A stretch of DNA of 64,000 nt from Haliotis rubra (GCF_003918875.1 NW_025766988.1:1054001-1118000); one strand, 5' to 3'. Positions 1 to 14,525 are shown, numbered from the stretch's first letter. Notes: a model not told the origin generated them from the sequence alone. A program made the numbers and translations.

Positions 1-1354
1 TCAAGAATGAATTTTATTTGCCCAAACCACTCTTTGAGATAAATATTAATTTATAATCACCAAAACCCAAATACAGTAATGATCACTATGAAACTTGATG
101 GGTAGAGAACCAGGAGGAAGTGAAGGGCTGTTTGAAGACAATAAAGTACAAGAGTTAACTCCCTTCCCATGTGATCTTCTTTGAAACTGATTATATCATG
201 AGAAGAATTAAAAACTGTTCATAATACTTTTAACCAAGAATATAAGAGCATCGGCAAGACATATTTTCATTTGTTTATACAAAGAAATTATATCTGTTAT
301 TCAACACATACTAAAGTGCAATCTATGTTTGATAACATATATATTGTTTAAGTCTTATTTTGGTACATTCATAGGCATATGGTCAACAAACATGAATGGT
401 TAAGAACAACCATTATTACAATTATTATAATTATAACCAGCGTTACATTGTTATTACAACAAGACCAAGACACAGAGACAGTCTAAAACATTAATATAAC
501 ATTATAACTAGATCATGTATGATGGGCATATATTCATGATTCTTGTAGAATTGTCATAACACATGTATAAAGAAACAACCACCTGTTGAATCTTCTACCC
601 TGACACCTCTGGGGGTAATGGGAAAATCTCTATAAAACACAGCTATAAGCAACAAGCATGAACAAAATCATTCCCACAATAAACTTATAAATAAAGAGTA
701 TTTGATAATATGAGCAAAGCTACAATGAACCAGCTAGAAACAAAACAATGGTAAATATTCACAACAAAAAAGCTTGCATTAAAAGAAATAGTTACACCAT
801 TAATCACAAAATCACTGATGACATGATAGACTCACATTCAGTGGAAGGTGACAACAGAGGCTAAAGCATGGGCAACTGACATGAGATTGTTCGACTCCAT
901 AGGCAACAAGGGTGAGACAGCAAATTTTTACATATACTGATAAATAGAATACCAAAATTATTTCCTTTTCTTCTGTGAAAAATAGTAACACTTTATTCTG
1001 ATATACATAATGAGCAACAACAAGCATGGAAACATGATTTTCTCAAAATTATAATGCAAACTGTACAAAAAACATCATTTGAATTGTAAATGAAATTTTA
1101 TAAAGGATGTTTCGAAGGCAATAATTATTCTTTAGGACCTTTAAACTCTGATTTGGGCAATGGACTGACACAACAATTGTGTATGAAGTGTAATGTAACA
1201 ACTGTAAATGTAATGTTGGAACTTGTGGACAAAGTGCTCAATACAGAACAGCAAGGATGAAAAAAGGAAAGGTGTAACGGACTTGTGAATGCACACAAAG
1301 ACTACCCAGGAAGTGATTATAACGCTAAGATGAGTGTAACTTTAACAGAGTTAA

Positions 1355-1797
1355 AGGCACGATGTCACATCTCATTTCTCTAAATATACATAATGCATTT
1401 CTCTCAATAATACTATCAGCCCTCAGGGAAGCTACAATATAATTAAAAAAAAAACGTACATAGATTACAATATTAAATTAAAAAGTTCATATGAACTAAT
1501 GCAACGCTGCATTAAATCAACTCTCGTGCCCTCTGCCGGACGAACATTATTTCAAGCTAACCCCATAGAGTTATGTCCCTTAGAGCGCTATTTATGACTA
1601 TCAAATGCACAACTTGTGATTGAAACCAGTTCGGCAAACACCGACAACACCGCGTGCGACAGTTTTGATGTACGACGGCAAGTTGTAAGGGATAATAAGT
1701 CTTTTATTGCATCAATAGGAAGCTAAAGTGAGGGCATATGACCCCATTATATAAAATATAGGCCAAAATATTGTCAAAAAAGCGTGACATTGTGCCT
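1355..1797. mobile_element. Kolobok-like MITE
   Basis: TIR AGGCAC(G/A)ATGTCAC with TTAA on both sides (1351-54, 1798-1801). Confidence 0.8.
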
Positions 1798-1963
1798 TTA
1801 ACACTATCATATCACTATCACTATGGATAATTGCACAGTACAGTGCAATACCATTGCTATTAAAACAGTAACAGTCCAATGTCAATGCTGTTGAAACCCT
1901 GAGTCTGGACTGATCAGAGTAATAGCATCAACTGATACATCTCTCTCTTTCCATTGGAGGATA

Positions 1964-2439
1964 CAGTGGAAACCTGATAAGTTAAATTTCAAGGGACTTG
2001 CCAAAATTGTTTAGTTATCAGGTATTTTACTTATCCAAACTTATAAAAACCTGCAAATGGCAACCATATGCATGTATATGTATGCATATGTAACAATGAA
2101 CAACTTATCAGGGCTGGCCTCCAGTTGTCAGTGTATTGTCAACTGCATGACGCCAGCGAGCTGTAAGTAGGATGTTTGTTTAGCTGGAGACTGACAGGTG
2201 CCTCTCCTGTCAGATTATGTGGTAATCACCAATTTAGTAATCCGGTCTCTTTTGTCAAGTAATTTACTTCCAGGGACAGTGAGAAGACGTTTAGTTAAGC
2301 GGTATTGTTTACTTATCCGAGTTTAGTTAACCAAACTCTAATAGTGATAATTAATGAAGAAATTTGCCAGGACCAAAGAAAAGTGTTTACTTATCCGGTC
2401 TGTTTAGTTAAGCGGTCTTTACTCGGGTGGTTTCCATTG
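1964..2439. mobile_element. pogo/Tigger-like MITE
   Basis: TA|CAGTGGAAACC ... GGTTTCCATTG|TA termini and subterminal acttatcc repeats. Confidence 0.7.
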
Positions 2440-4472
2440 TATATGCAATTTGTTGATCCAAAAGGATCTGTGTGTATCCCTTACTGGCAGTAATCAAACA
2501 CTACTTCATGACTAATTTATGATAATGACTAGTAGTAGGATATATGTAAAAAATGTCAAAGATCAAGAATATTTTGAAGGATACTTTCATGAAATTGTAA
2601 GCTAAATCTTCACTACAAAGAGATATCACAAAAATATTCATATCCATTTTTTGTTCAGTATGTATGACTCATACAGATGGGCAGTTATCGGGTTTGTCTT
2701 CAACACAATCTGATCACATCGATAAAAATCTTTTTCTAATTCTTATTACAGTTCACTGCTTCATAGATGTTCTTCTGACTGCTAAAATCTTAATGGATCT
2801 TACCCTGCCATTACTAAGACTAGAAAAGACGAGATGACTAAAACACAACCTTGACCATTGTATGTGACATAGGGGATAATTGCCCATACCTTTTAAACAG
2901 TGAGGTTCAATACAAAGTGGACAGGACTAGAAAGCAAATACATCCTTGACTTCAATCTGGATTCACGTACAACAGAAAAGCATTACACATATTTCTCACA
3001 TACCGGTTTACTAACATATTTGAGTCCCTACGTTGCATGTAGCGTTTTGGCTTAAAACATATGTTTTAATTTTTCTAACATTGGTAATTAATGAAGAAAT
3101 GAATTTCTATTGATCTTATCCAGACATACATTTTATGAGGATAATCTTTTCACAGATTGTTAGAAATTCGAGAATATTCCATATTAAAATTCTCCATTAT
3201 TATACATGTTTTCATTACGGTACATATTTATTTTCAGTGCATTATTGTGGAACAAATACTCAGTCGTAAAAGGTGAAAACATCCCTTTTTAGGCCCTGGG
3301 CTTATAAACATGTGTTCTAGGTACCGTTCCTGATTATGATACACATTTTTATTGCCAGCACAAAACACCAACAGGCATCAATAAGTATATTCCATGTCCT
3401 CTGCACCAGAATCTTCTCTGTGTCAAATGTTGTCAGATGGGACAAGCACCATATCTTAAAGATGGACTACACTCCACTTATGGTTCCCATTTTCAGTAGT
3501 ACTTGTTGAAATTAGAGTAAACATTGTATATTATTTATTAGGGTAATCAAGAACCTTATGATTAAGATTAATTAAGATCAATAAAAATAATGAAAATGCT
3601 TACAAATATTATTGAGGATGATTCTAATCAGAGGGGGAGACATGAAACATATGGTTGGAAGTTAAAGCTTCAACTTGATATGACATTTCCAGTAAAGCAG
3701 TTGCACCAAATATTGCTGCACCCACAAACCAGGTAGAACACAACACAAATCTTCAGCTATAACGCAAATGTGTCTAACATAGGCACATTTCAAAAGAAAA
3801 CTGCAAGTGAACTTTAAAAAGTTTTTTTCTGTTTGAGCTATGTTGGTATGGGGAAAAACATTCTGTTATAAATGAGGTTATTGATCTGAGAAGAAATTCA
3901 AATCGTGATAGCTAACTAAATATAGAATCCTCAGAACTGATTGTGGCATTTTGACAAGAATCACGGCATTACATAGTATGAATATGCTTTATGGGGAAAA
4001 CAAACCTCATTGCAATCTCACTAAAATCAGATCTTTATACCTCTGTGTGTGATGGTCTGATGTCATAAACCCTAAGTGAACTTTTGACTGCACAGTCTAT
4101 TAACAAAATAAAGCCTGCATGATTCAATCACATGTCAGATTTCTAAAATGATTCAGATTCATTTCTTTACCACCTTGATTCAGAAATTTCAATTGTAACA
4201 AAATAAAACCCACACATGTGAGGAGATCTCATCAGGTTAAAGATCAAACTGAGCTCGTTACACTTTCTGATACATTCCCTAGCTGAGTGTAGGGACATAC
4301 CCTGTATGGAGCTTGGGTGAGTCTCCACTCCATCACTGATGCACTTCAGTTAATGAGGGTGGGTATGTTTTCAATTAAACATTCATATCATAACATTTTT
4401 TATATCCTCAACAAATATTATGTTACCTGTGAAGATAAATCATTTACATACTGACAATCTTTTCAAACATGT

Positions 4473-5085
4473 CAGTCTAAGTAAACTTAAGCTCAGTATT
4501 ATTCGTTACACTGCTATAGTGAGTCTAACAAAACCTAGTAGAAGGTCGCGTCAGCTAACCTATGAGCGACCTATGACCGTCCAATCAAATGCGAGATAGC
4601 TGAACGGATTTAACCAATCAGACAACTGCTACTTGTTAGGGTTTGGCGGGACTTACAAAACGGTTTTTGGATTTTCTCTTCCTTGGTCACTGACACTGAT
4701 CTATCAACAAACAAAAATCCGCATGAAACACAGATATTGGACCTGCAGCATATACGCTTAGGGGTTTCTAATGACATGGTTACTATTAGCTTATATCTCC
4801 GCAAAATGACATCCTTGAATATTGACAAAAACGCGATTGTTTACTCATTGCTTCCTCCATGTGTATCACTCGGAAGCGATCGTGCAGAAAATAGCATTCG
4901 GGAATCTTTCGAGTTTTTTAGGTAAAGGTTCAAACGGTATGTGCGAATGTGAACTTTCGTGATTTGGTAAGCTGTGTTCTGATTGGTCAGTTCAAAAGGT
5001 TAGCTGACGCGACCTTCTACTAGGTTTTGTTAGACTCACTATAGTAGTGTAACGAATAATACTGAGCCTAAGTTTACTTAGACTG
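4473..5085. mobile_element. Long-TIR (about 90 bp) MITE with 9-bp TSD (Mutator-like)
   Basis: Near-perfect TIRs; exact TSD CAAACATGT at 4464-4472 and 5086-5094; related fragment at about 58315-58460. Confidence 0.9.
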
Positions 5086-5597
5086 CAAACATGTATGAAA
5101 CAAATAAGAGGAACAGTCCAAATCTGAATTTGCACATTACGACTAGTTAAACTGTAGAAACATCCATCCAAGTAATCGAAGGATCAATGTACTACCTAAT
5201 ACTGCATTGTTTCAACATGAAGGTAATCTGACTAGCACTGGAGGGAAAGCAATGTGACGGTGACTGATTTGTAAATTCACGCTTGGAATTGAGCGTTACA
5301 CATTAAAAGATCATTGAGGCAGTAAATGATGAGTTGCCATGGTGATTATATATTCTCTTCACTAGAGGGGAACGTAGCATGTTTTTTAAAAAAAAGAAAA
5401 TTTCATGATGTCAAACACTTTCATCAACTCACTTGTTACTGTTAGCTTGTTTTCTCATTAATGAGTTGATCTGTGTGTTGGAAGAGATATTAAGAGCTAT
5501 TGCATATTCTCACCTAATAACCCAAATAAAGCTTTTGTACCATAAGAAAGAAACTGGCTTTTGATGAAAGTGTTTTTGTGACATCTTATTGAAAATA

Positions 5598-5979
5598 TAC
5601 TACAAACAAAAAATAAGGGAACACCCTAAAATTTCAACAACATGTTGGAACATGCAGTGAAGCAACTGATTCAATATTCGTTGAGTTTGAGTGAAATGAA
5701 CCATTGTTAAAAACAGCGAAAAACAAGGGTGCTGAAACACACCAGCACCAGGTTTGATTCACACGCCCAAACACAACAGCCTAGTGCATGTGGAAGACAG
5801 ACTCAAACTCAACCAATATTGAATCAGTTGCTTCACTGCATGTTCCAACATGTCGTTTAAAGTGCCCACTAAGCACACAAAAAGTTGCATTTACCTTAGA
5901 GTATAAATGACCTCACCACGTTTCAGTTTATATACGACTATCAAATTTTAGGGTGTTCCCTTATTTTTTGTTTGTAGTA
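5598..5979. mobile_element. Tc1/mariner-type MITE
   Basis: TIR of about 37 bp (TACTACAAACAAAAAATAAGGGAACACCCTAAAATTT), TA flanks, plus an inner inverted repeat of about 52 bp. Confidence 0.88.
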
Positions 5980-6933
5980 TATTACTGCAATATTTCATTG
6001 ATACTAATAGCATTAATAAACATTTCATAACATGTCACAAAAATATGATATTTGATATGATACAGCATCATTTCATCTAAAATAACATTAACAGTAAATT
6101 TACACAAATGACCTTTTTCAAAAATTGCACAGTTCTCCTGTACACTACGTCAAAACAAAGCTGAAATTCTTTAATTCAAACCCATGAGGAACATACCATT
6201 TGTCAGTCTATAATACTGACATGTTATTGAATGTTATTGAATAAGAAACTACCGACATCCACTTATAAGGAACACTGACATAAGCAAAGCAATGATCTAT
6301 AAAAATGTTTTGGACATTGAGATTATGATCTGATGAAGTCTTGTGGTAATATGACCATCTTACATACTCATATATTTAAGTAAACTGAGCATGATTTTTG
6401 TATGATGTATTAAATCAGTAATCTGTTCCAGGTTTGTGTATTTCCCAAATTAATACCATTTCAACTACATTGCGATTGTTATTATTGAGCATGTTGAGTC
6501 CAATGCAAAACTTGACACAATCACGTTCACATCCATCACCATGGCAACAGATGAATTTCCTTATTTGTATTTGACAAATACCATCCTCTTCCTACTTTCA
6601 AAAATATTTTCTACGAGCACCATTAAAATCAGGAACAAAAGCCATAGCAACATATTCTAGTTGAAACAATTCACAACATAGCAATACTGGGGCTATTTGA
6701 TTACATCTATATACATGTATGTCTAACCACATGCGTTAGGATACACACTATACCAGCAGGAATGTTGAAGACACTCTCTGATTCCACTGAAGGAAGGTGT
6801 AAATAACACCACAGACAATACTGACATTGTTTGCTAATCATCTCAAACTGAATATCCAATGAGCCCTACATTGGGTGTATCTTACCATTGCCTGAGTCAT
6901 AGCCTTACGTTATTGCTAAATTGTCCTCACTAA

Positions 6934-7264
6934 GGGACCGTTCATGATTTATGGCTAGGGGTGGTGGGTGATCAGTGGTGGGGTGGGGTTGATGATATTT
7001 TATTGGGGGAAAGGGCACCCACTTTGTTCTGGGGAGGTGGGGGTGCATCAATTTTGTAGACATGAACTTGGGGGGAAAGCAATTTAGTACATAAGAATAT
7101 TTACAAATATTATGGGAGGGGAGGGGGTCACTGATTTGTACATCATATGGGGGGGCACTTACTTTGTACGTAAATTTTAGGGGGGGGGGGCTTTCAAATT
7201 GTACATGCTGCTGTATAAAAATGATCATCACCCCTCCCCCTAGCCATAAATTATGAACTGTCTC
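6934..7264. mobile_element. PIF/Harbinger-like MITE
   Basis: TIR GGGACCGTTCATGATTTATGGCTAGGGG with TAA on both sides; half copy at about 37410-37449. Confidence 0.78.
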
Positions 7265-7955
7265 TAATATCATCTTTTTTCATCATATTTACAACAACAC
7301 AATCAAACAGCATTGAGGCAATACATGGAGCAGATGACTGCAAGGCTAGGTCATAAGTGTTGGACAAACTGAAAAGAACTTAACCGTTTGTGAGGTGTAA
7401 CTGAAACCTCATTGGCTGGACACTTGCTAGCATTCTTCACACTGGAACCTTGCCTGGCTGTAAAACCATGACTACACAATGAATAAGAAATGTCACGGGT
7501 GATGGATGATGTGTCAACAAGACCATGAAGTATGGACGACACACGTGGACATGAGTATTGCAGCAGGGTGTGGCAAACATTGATTGCGTAGTAAGAATAT
7601 CATGGCAGTTCTCAACAACTCAAGCTTCAAAGTAAGACCCTTAATCTCATAGGCAGCCTCACCCCTTACTGTATCTTTGTCTTCTCAGGAAACATATTCA
7701 CAGCATCAATAATGCTTAAACATCAGCAAAAAGATTGGTATCCATCTGCTTGACAAGAATCATGGCTAAATGTTGTCATTTATGAATTTACCACAACATA
7801 TTCTGTACTATCATCAGTCTATGCATATCTAACAGTCTGTATCACAATATGCATCACACATTTTTCAAAATTAACATTGCAATGAGCATATGCCATTAAT
7901 TTAATACATTTTAAAAAGAACTTTTATACATGGTTTCTCCAATAATACATGCCAG

Positions 7956-8062
7956 GGCCCTGTTCCTCAAAGCGATCGTAGCGCTACGACTGTCGTAAGT
8001 CGATGTTAAAGTATGGGAGTTACGATCACCTTAGCGCTACGATCGCTTTGAGGAACGGGACC
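7956..8062. mobile_element. Small Harbinger-like MITE
   Basis: TIR of about 30 bp (GTTCCTCAAAGCGATCGTAGCGCTA core), CAG TSD. Confidence 0.78.
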
Positions 8063-9041
8063 CAGATCCTAATCGATAAATTAATAAATTAGACATACAA
8101 TGTAAAAAATCATGAAATCATAAATGCATTCTTCGTGTGATTGACAATACCAATATTCGGAATAATACAAATGTTTTAATTACATATGTTTAATGGCTGT
8201 ATCGGCTAAATGATTTGGACAACCTGTTCATATCAATAGATTAATCAGAGTGAGTCATGCATACATCTTACAAACATCTCAACAGATCCTCTGTTAGCAG
8301 ACAGTAACAAAAAGCCTTAGCCTTCAACACATGCAACATCAATGAAGCATACTGTGGTTATATAACACTTTATGATTTGAATATATTTGATTCACAAACA
8401 TGACACAATAGTTTGTAGAATATGCCAATTGAAGCTGTTCATTTGGATAAGAATATCACTCGTGTCACACTCACTCAGACATTAACTAACTCGCTCATTC
8501 ACTCACTCACCCACACATCTGTTTACTTACGTACTCACTCACACCTAAGTCACTCACACATTTTATGTTGAGACTGAGTTCAGAATAGGTGCTTCTTTGT
8601 ATCCTCTGATTTTGGTATTTGAGAACCAACCATTACATATTCCAGAATAGACCTGGGATTTCATATGGAAACTAGTTAAATATTCAGCTATAGCTGCAAA
8701 ACCAGAGGGTTTATGAATTAAAATTTTGAGCCTCAACATTTCTTTTTTTCAAAACAACATTGGGTATTTTTCTTGTAGCAGACTATATTTTTCAACAGTT
8801 TGAAGCCTAATTAGTTTTTCACAGCATTTCTGGGACAGATTTCCTTTTTCAATATGATCCCAGTCCCCTGCCATACATAATATCAAATGGACATTACCAC
8901 CGTGAACCTTGACATTTCATATTAATTCTTTCCAGTATGAACAGAGGACATGCTGCTGATTGACGCATTGTACACTAACATTAAACGGTAGTGGTAAAGG
9001 TATGTTCCTTGTACTGACTTCACCTGTCCGCAGGTTATGGT

Positions 9042-10916
9042 TTAATTGTCAAGGTAGTCATAAACTTGCACATTTCCTCGACAGACCACCCATAGTTTGT
9101 CTCCAGGTCCAGTGGAAACTAGGCGTGGCCACTTAATGCCGTCAGACTCCCCCATGAGGAAGCGGAGGAAGTCACCTTGGGCAGACAGAAGATGTAGTTT
9201 GTTGTTACAGCCGTCAGCAACGATGATGCGACCGAACTTGTCACAGCAGATACCTCGAGGGCAGAATGAGCTACGAAGCTTGAGACTCTCTGGTGGGATG
9301 TAGCGAGCCTTGACCTGGAAGTTCCTATTCAGGATGACTACACAGCTGGCTCCTTTGTCAGACACGCAGATGTCACCATTGATGTTGACTGCGATGTACC
9401 TGGGGGCCATGAAGATCTTCTTGCCATCCTCCTCAATGACCTTCTGCAGCAGGTCGCCCCGCTCTGAGAACACCAGAAGGGCATTGTCAGAGTCTCCGTT
9501 GGATTCTGATGTACAGAGGACAATTTGGTTCTCCTGTGTAAGGACCATACCTCTGGGTGGCAGGCCAACATCTGCAAACTCCTGCAGAGGTTCCGCTTTA
9601 CCTTTGTAGATGTACAGCTTTCTCTCCTGTTTTGATGTCATCAGAAACTCCCGGCCGAGCTTAACAACTCGAGTATTTCCATCAGGCTTGAGGGCAATAT
9701 CTTCCTTTTTCTCCCCATTGAAGTCATACTTTACGAGTGCACTTCCTTCAGAGGTGTAATAGGACACCCATGCTTGTGTTGAAGACACAGGAATAAGGCT
9801 GAACTCTACAAAGTGGTCAGTTTCAAAATGGAAGGCTGGTCTAAGCTTCAAGGGTTCAAAGCCAAACATACCACAAAAGTTGCTAAGAATCTGAGTCCCA
9901 TATATTCCTGTTGCAAAAATGGTCTGTTTCTCATCCAACTCTTTAGCCTGAAGTTTAGCATATCTCTCGAGGACATCACTGATATCTTTAGCAACACGGA
10001 CAATTTGTACTGCAGCGCTGAGTCGAAGAACTTCTTCTGACTCCTGAATGGATCTCAGGAGGAGGTCATGGTCTTCTTTGATGTCTTCATACTCTGCCTG
10101 AATGGCCTTTTTCTCTGCGTCCATCTTCTCCTGGACAAACTTGATTCCGTCGTCACACATCTGCTCCACCATCCTCTTCACCTCTTCCCTTCGCGTTTCG
10201 ACCGCACCGACCACCACCTCCCCATTCACCTTCATCCTGTCACGTGCCTCATCAGCCTTCTCTTTGGCAGCCTTGAACTTTATCACCAGCATCTTCAGCT
10301 CCTCCACCATGTCAGTCAGCCTCTCCCTGTCTAAGTCTGCAGCTTTAGCTATGTCGATAGCCTCATGACCATAGTGTACTGTCTGACGGCAATCTGTGCA
10401 GACGGGCACCTTGCACTCGGTGCAGTAGAACTTGAGTTCCTGACTTGGATGCTTTTCACACATCTCCATAGTTTCAACAGTTTTCCTCCCATCCCCCATG
10501 ACCAGGATGTGGTGGTTCTGAGTGTTCTCATCACTCTTGTGCAGCTCCTTGCAGGACATACACAGGTTCTTCCGACACTCAATACAGAACCCGACAGCAG
10601 AGTCCACACTCCCACACACTCCACATGTCATATCGCCTGACTCAATCTCCGACATTGCACAGTTCGCCATCACAAAATAGCTGCTGGGGAAACCGTTGAC
10701 GCCATTGTGAGGAACAGGAACGGATCGTCGGCACTGGGGGCAGTGGATGACCTCTTTCCCCTGGTCTGTGACAGTGTTGTTCGAGTGCTTGATGTGCTTC
10801 TCAAGACAGTCCCTGCAGAAGGTGTGGAAGCAGGGCAGCTGCTTCGACTGCTTCACCTTGTCCAGACAGATCCCGCAGGTGAGACCCTGGACAGCGGCCT
10901 GAGGTTGCTCTGCCAT
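9042..10916 (-). CDS. TRIM-NHL family E3 ubiquitin ligase (RING, B-box1, B-box2, coiled coil, NHL/beta-propeller), about 624 aa, single coding exon
   Basis: C3HC4 RING (CGIC...LPCFHTFCRDC...CPQC), B-box1 (CGVC...CIEC...CMSC...H), B-box2 (CEKH...YCTECKVPVCTDC...HYGH), helical K/E/A-rich region and NHL-like repeats (PRGMVL, PRYIAVNINGDICVSD, PRGICCDKFGRIIVAD). A splice acceptor (ttttccttccgcag, AG at 10927-10926) lies just upstream of ATG 10916 (MAEQPQ), so the 42 extra N-terminal residues of the 666-aa ORF come from intron and 5' UTR. No filamin domain is seen and the orthologue is not assignable. Confidence 0.93.
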   Translation of the reverse strand: MAEQPQAAVQGLTCGICLDKVKQSKQLPCFHTFCRDCLEKHIKHSNNTVTDQGKEVIHCPQCRRSVPVPHNGVNGFPSSYFVMANCAMSEIESGDMTCGVCGSVDSAVGFCIECRKNLCMSCKELHKSDENTQNHHILVMGDGRKTVETMEMCEKHPSQELKFYCTECKVPVCTDCRQTVHYGHEAIDIAKAADLDRERLTDMVEELKMLVIKFKAAKEKADEARDRMKVNGEVVVGAVETRREEVKRMVEQMCDDGIKFVQEKMDAEKKAIQAEYEDIKEDHDLLLRSIQESEEVLRLSAAVQIVRVAKDISDVLERYAKLQAKELDEKQTIFATGIYGTQILSNFCGMFGFEPLKLRPAFHFETDHFVEFSLIPVSSTQAWVSYYTSEGSALVKYDFNGEKKEDIALKPDGNTRVVKLGREFLMTSKQERKLYIYKGKAEPLQEFADVGLPPRGMVLTQENQIVLCTSESNGDSDNALLVFSERGDLLQKVIEEDGKKIFMAPRYIAVNINGDICVSDKGASCVVILNRNFQVKARYIPPESLKLRSSFCPRGICCDKFGRIIVADGCNNKLHLLSAQGDFLRFLMGESDGIKWPRLVSTGPGDKLWVVCRGNVQVYDYLDN

Positions 10917-13871
10917 ATTGTAGCACTGCGGAAGGAAAACATCATGCTTAGAAGTAGTACAAGAGTGGTAACAAGTGTGGGTTAGAAGTGTGCAAAATTG
11001 GTAAAAACATGAATCTTTGTTCATGAACAAACCTAACATCACATTTAAAAGTAGGGTATACTTTTTTCCTTGGTTAAAAGATATATTTTCAGTACATCAG
11101 TCTTGACAGTTGTGTGCATGATTTATAATGGAATTTTGGTAACTAACTCAACAGGAAAATTTTTGGACTGTTCCAGTAAGACAACTATAATGTTATTTGG
11201 AAGACATACTGATACATGTGATTTGGGGGTACCGGTATGTTTGAAAACTAAGGCTTTGCATTATCTGTTTCACAGGTTTTGGATTTACATAGTTCATTCA
11301 TAAAAGAACCTGGTTGGGAAGTGAAAAATAATTCATTTAAAAAAAATTACATTCCACTTTTCATGTTTGGCAGAATGCATTAACCAATGATTAAGAAAAA
11401 GATTCATGCAGAGGACACTAGTAGGTTCCAACCTTGTCTGAAGAGGGATTCAAAAGTGGGGATTCAAAAGTGGGTTACCATAACTTTTCTTCAACAAAAG
11501 ATTTTGCTGTTATACAGGACTTCAAGAACCTGAACCTGAAGCCAAATCAGTGACTAATCATTGAACAGGGATACAATCAGTTGAGATCATTCCCAGGAAT
11601 CAATGCTGGTACTACTTATCTATACTGCTGCTATGCATTATTCACATGGAGCCACCACACCATGACCAGATTGTCAATAAGGTATTCTCCAGAACAGCAC
11701 ATGTACAACACATGTACAGCCAAATCAATACACAATAACACAGAGTATTACACTTAAAGCCAGGACGATTCTCAATACCAGGAAACATCCCATGCTAGCA
11801 CAGAGCTTCACATTCAGGGGAATATTCCTCATTGTGTAAGGCTCCAGTGTGGATGTAAGTGAAGGACCAGATATGAGTAATATAGGACAATAGGACAAGG
11901 TGACCCATACATTGCATGTGGGTGGGTGAGTGGGTGCGTGCAATGAGTGAGTGGATGAGTGAGTGGATGAGTGAGTGAGCAAGTAATGGAAATAGAAAAA
12001 GAAAAGAGGTTCTACAAATATGTAAAATGTTTGGCTTGCTTGAAATATAACAAGAAACACTACTTTTTCGATTCATGTTAATTTTATTGGGCATTAAGTT
12101 TTTCAGGTTTACTAAATAAATAAAATTGACCATAAATTTATGTAGCTCAATATTTATTTGTATTTCACGTCCAGATTATGTTAATTTGGGTTGGAAATTC
12201 AGGCCACTTTTCAGTTTCACTTGTTAAACAATAGTTATGGAGTCATGAATTTCCAATCAGGGTCCGATTAAGAATTTGATTTATAACAAGTATCTGTGCA
12301 AACTATTTCAGAAAAATGCAAACTAATATTTATGACTACATACACCAAGCATGTGGCAAGTGCATGTCAAGATATTTCAAACCTGTGTCTGACTAACCCT
12401 TACATATCCGGACAACACTTACTCATCTCTGAACACACTGAACAACTCTGTGCTTTATAGACCATACTACTGTGTTATGTATAAACTGTACGTGTCCTTG
12501 TATTGTTGATTATCAGACATTTAAGAAACATTCACTATTATTTTTCTAGTCACGTGAAGAATTTTAAAATATCTCAGTAATTAATAAAATATAACGCTAA
12601 CCTAAACACGAGCTATTATTAAATAATTGGCAATGTCTGTGTGATGCCAAAACCACTGCTACAGCTGGAGTAAGCCAGTGTTTCCACTGGCATTTTTTAC
12701 AGCTGGACATTATGACCGGCTAGCCTTTTAAATACGGGTCATTTATAAATTTTACCGTCAATGATCACGCTTTTCATTGTGCTGCGAGACCTTGCACCTT
12801 AACTATCAATCAGAAATGTAGAGGGTATCGCAATGCATCAATGCCGCTTTTTCTAGCCTGGGATTTTCCAAAACTGCTAATTTTTATTTGACAACACCTC
12901 GATGTCATTGTGAAAACATAATTTTTTCGAGGAGAAATATACTAGTAATTGACAGAGGCAAAGAGAAAATTGATTTTAGAATTTGCCAGACACGATGACC
13001 GACAGCCTTTGAAATTACCGGTCAAAGTCCGGTACATAACGGATAGCGGAAACACTGGTAAGCACTGCCATTCAAAAAACATACTACCTGGGATAGCCAA
13101 GTGGTTAAAGCGTTCGCTCGTCACACTGAAGATCCGGGTTCAATTGCCCACATTAATACAACGCTGGAAGCCATTTCCATATTGCTTAAAAAGCCATAAA
13201 ACCACACTCACTCACTAACTTTTCATGTCTGGTGTCGAGTTAAATCAAGTTCCTTAAATCGAGCCATGACAATTGATCAACAACATAAACAACACCACCA
13301 ATATATATTCAGTCAGTCATCATTTCTCTATCAAGTATCTTGGAAGCCCTGACTGATGCTGTGTAAGTGACCACATTATCACACCATTGTTACAATGTCA
13401 GTGTAACTTCCTGAACATGACATAATGTTAAAGTGAGTGAGTGGGTTTGTTTTACACCACTTTTAGCAATATTCCAACAATATCATGGCGGAGGACACCA
13501 GAAATGGGCCTCACACATTGTACCCATGTGGGTAATCGAACCCAGGTCTTCAGCTGACGAGCAAACGGTTTAACCACTAGGCTACCCCACCGCCAATAAA
13601 ATGTTAAGAGAGGCGAAGCCAGATGATCTGGGGTCAGTTTCCTGCACAGGTTGAGATAATGCAGTGAAACTAAGGTACTGTCTGTGGGTAATTAGCCTGA
13701 TTGGCGGGGAGATTACTGGATGGGGATCTTTACTTCCCTGATCACATACTGAACAAAAAATATTGATCCTTACTGAAATACTTTATTCGTGTTAATATCT
13801 GTCCTTACCTCAATTGAAAACTTAATATTTTAATCAAATGTGTGATAATTAACACTGCCAACTGTAAGTTG

Positions 13872-14164
13872 TAGAGGTGTGACGATACAGACATTTCATG
13901 ATACGATACGTATCGCGATATCTTGGAACGATACGATTCAATACGATACATATCACGATATGCTATCTTTAGTTATTTTCTTTAAAAAGGTGTATTTTGG
14001 TAACAAGTCACTGTAAATTTTGACATAACCGTCAATTTCTAGTGAAAATTCACAATTTTAAGGTCAATGATACACATATCACGATACGAAAAAAAGTATG
14101 GATATATTTATTGTCAGAAAAAGTATCACGATTATCGATACTACGATATATCGTCACAGCTCTA
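13872..14164. mobile_element. hAT-like MITE
   Basis: TIR TAGAG(G/C)TGTGACGATA, 8-bp TSD GTAAG(T/C)TG, internal CGATA repeats. Confidence 0.8.
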
Positions 14165-14203
14165 GTAAGCTGTCAATGTATCAGATGTTTGGCCATGATA
14201 TTC

Positions 14204-14525
14204 TATGGGGTGAAACGGTATGCTTTTAACATGGTAGCGTACATACTCAGTCAGTCAGTCAGTACAAGGCCATGATGTTAGGTTTGATCCGCGGTACATA
14301 TTGCGGGGACTTGGTATGATGATCATAATGCAGAAAAGAAAAGAAAAGCAAATAAATGCATAGATTTTGACAAAATGATTCGATTTCTAGACATTTTACA
14401 AAATGTTTAAAAAGGTTAATAAAATGATGGTACGAAAACCGAAAAAATGGATTTCATTACGGTATACCGAACCGAAGGCAAAATACTGCAGATCTACTAT
14501 ACCACTGTATACCGTTTCACCCCTA
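14204..14525. mobile_element. hAT-like MITE
   Basis: TIR GGGGTGAAACGGTAT; degenerate TSD. Confidence 0.65.

Noticed and set aside
10917-11042. N-terminal 42 aa of the 666-aa TRIM ORF
   Set aside because: A strong splice acceptor at 10926-10927 places most of it in an intron; ATG 10916 is the better start.
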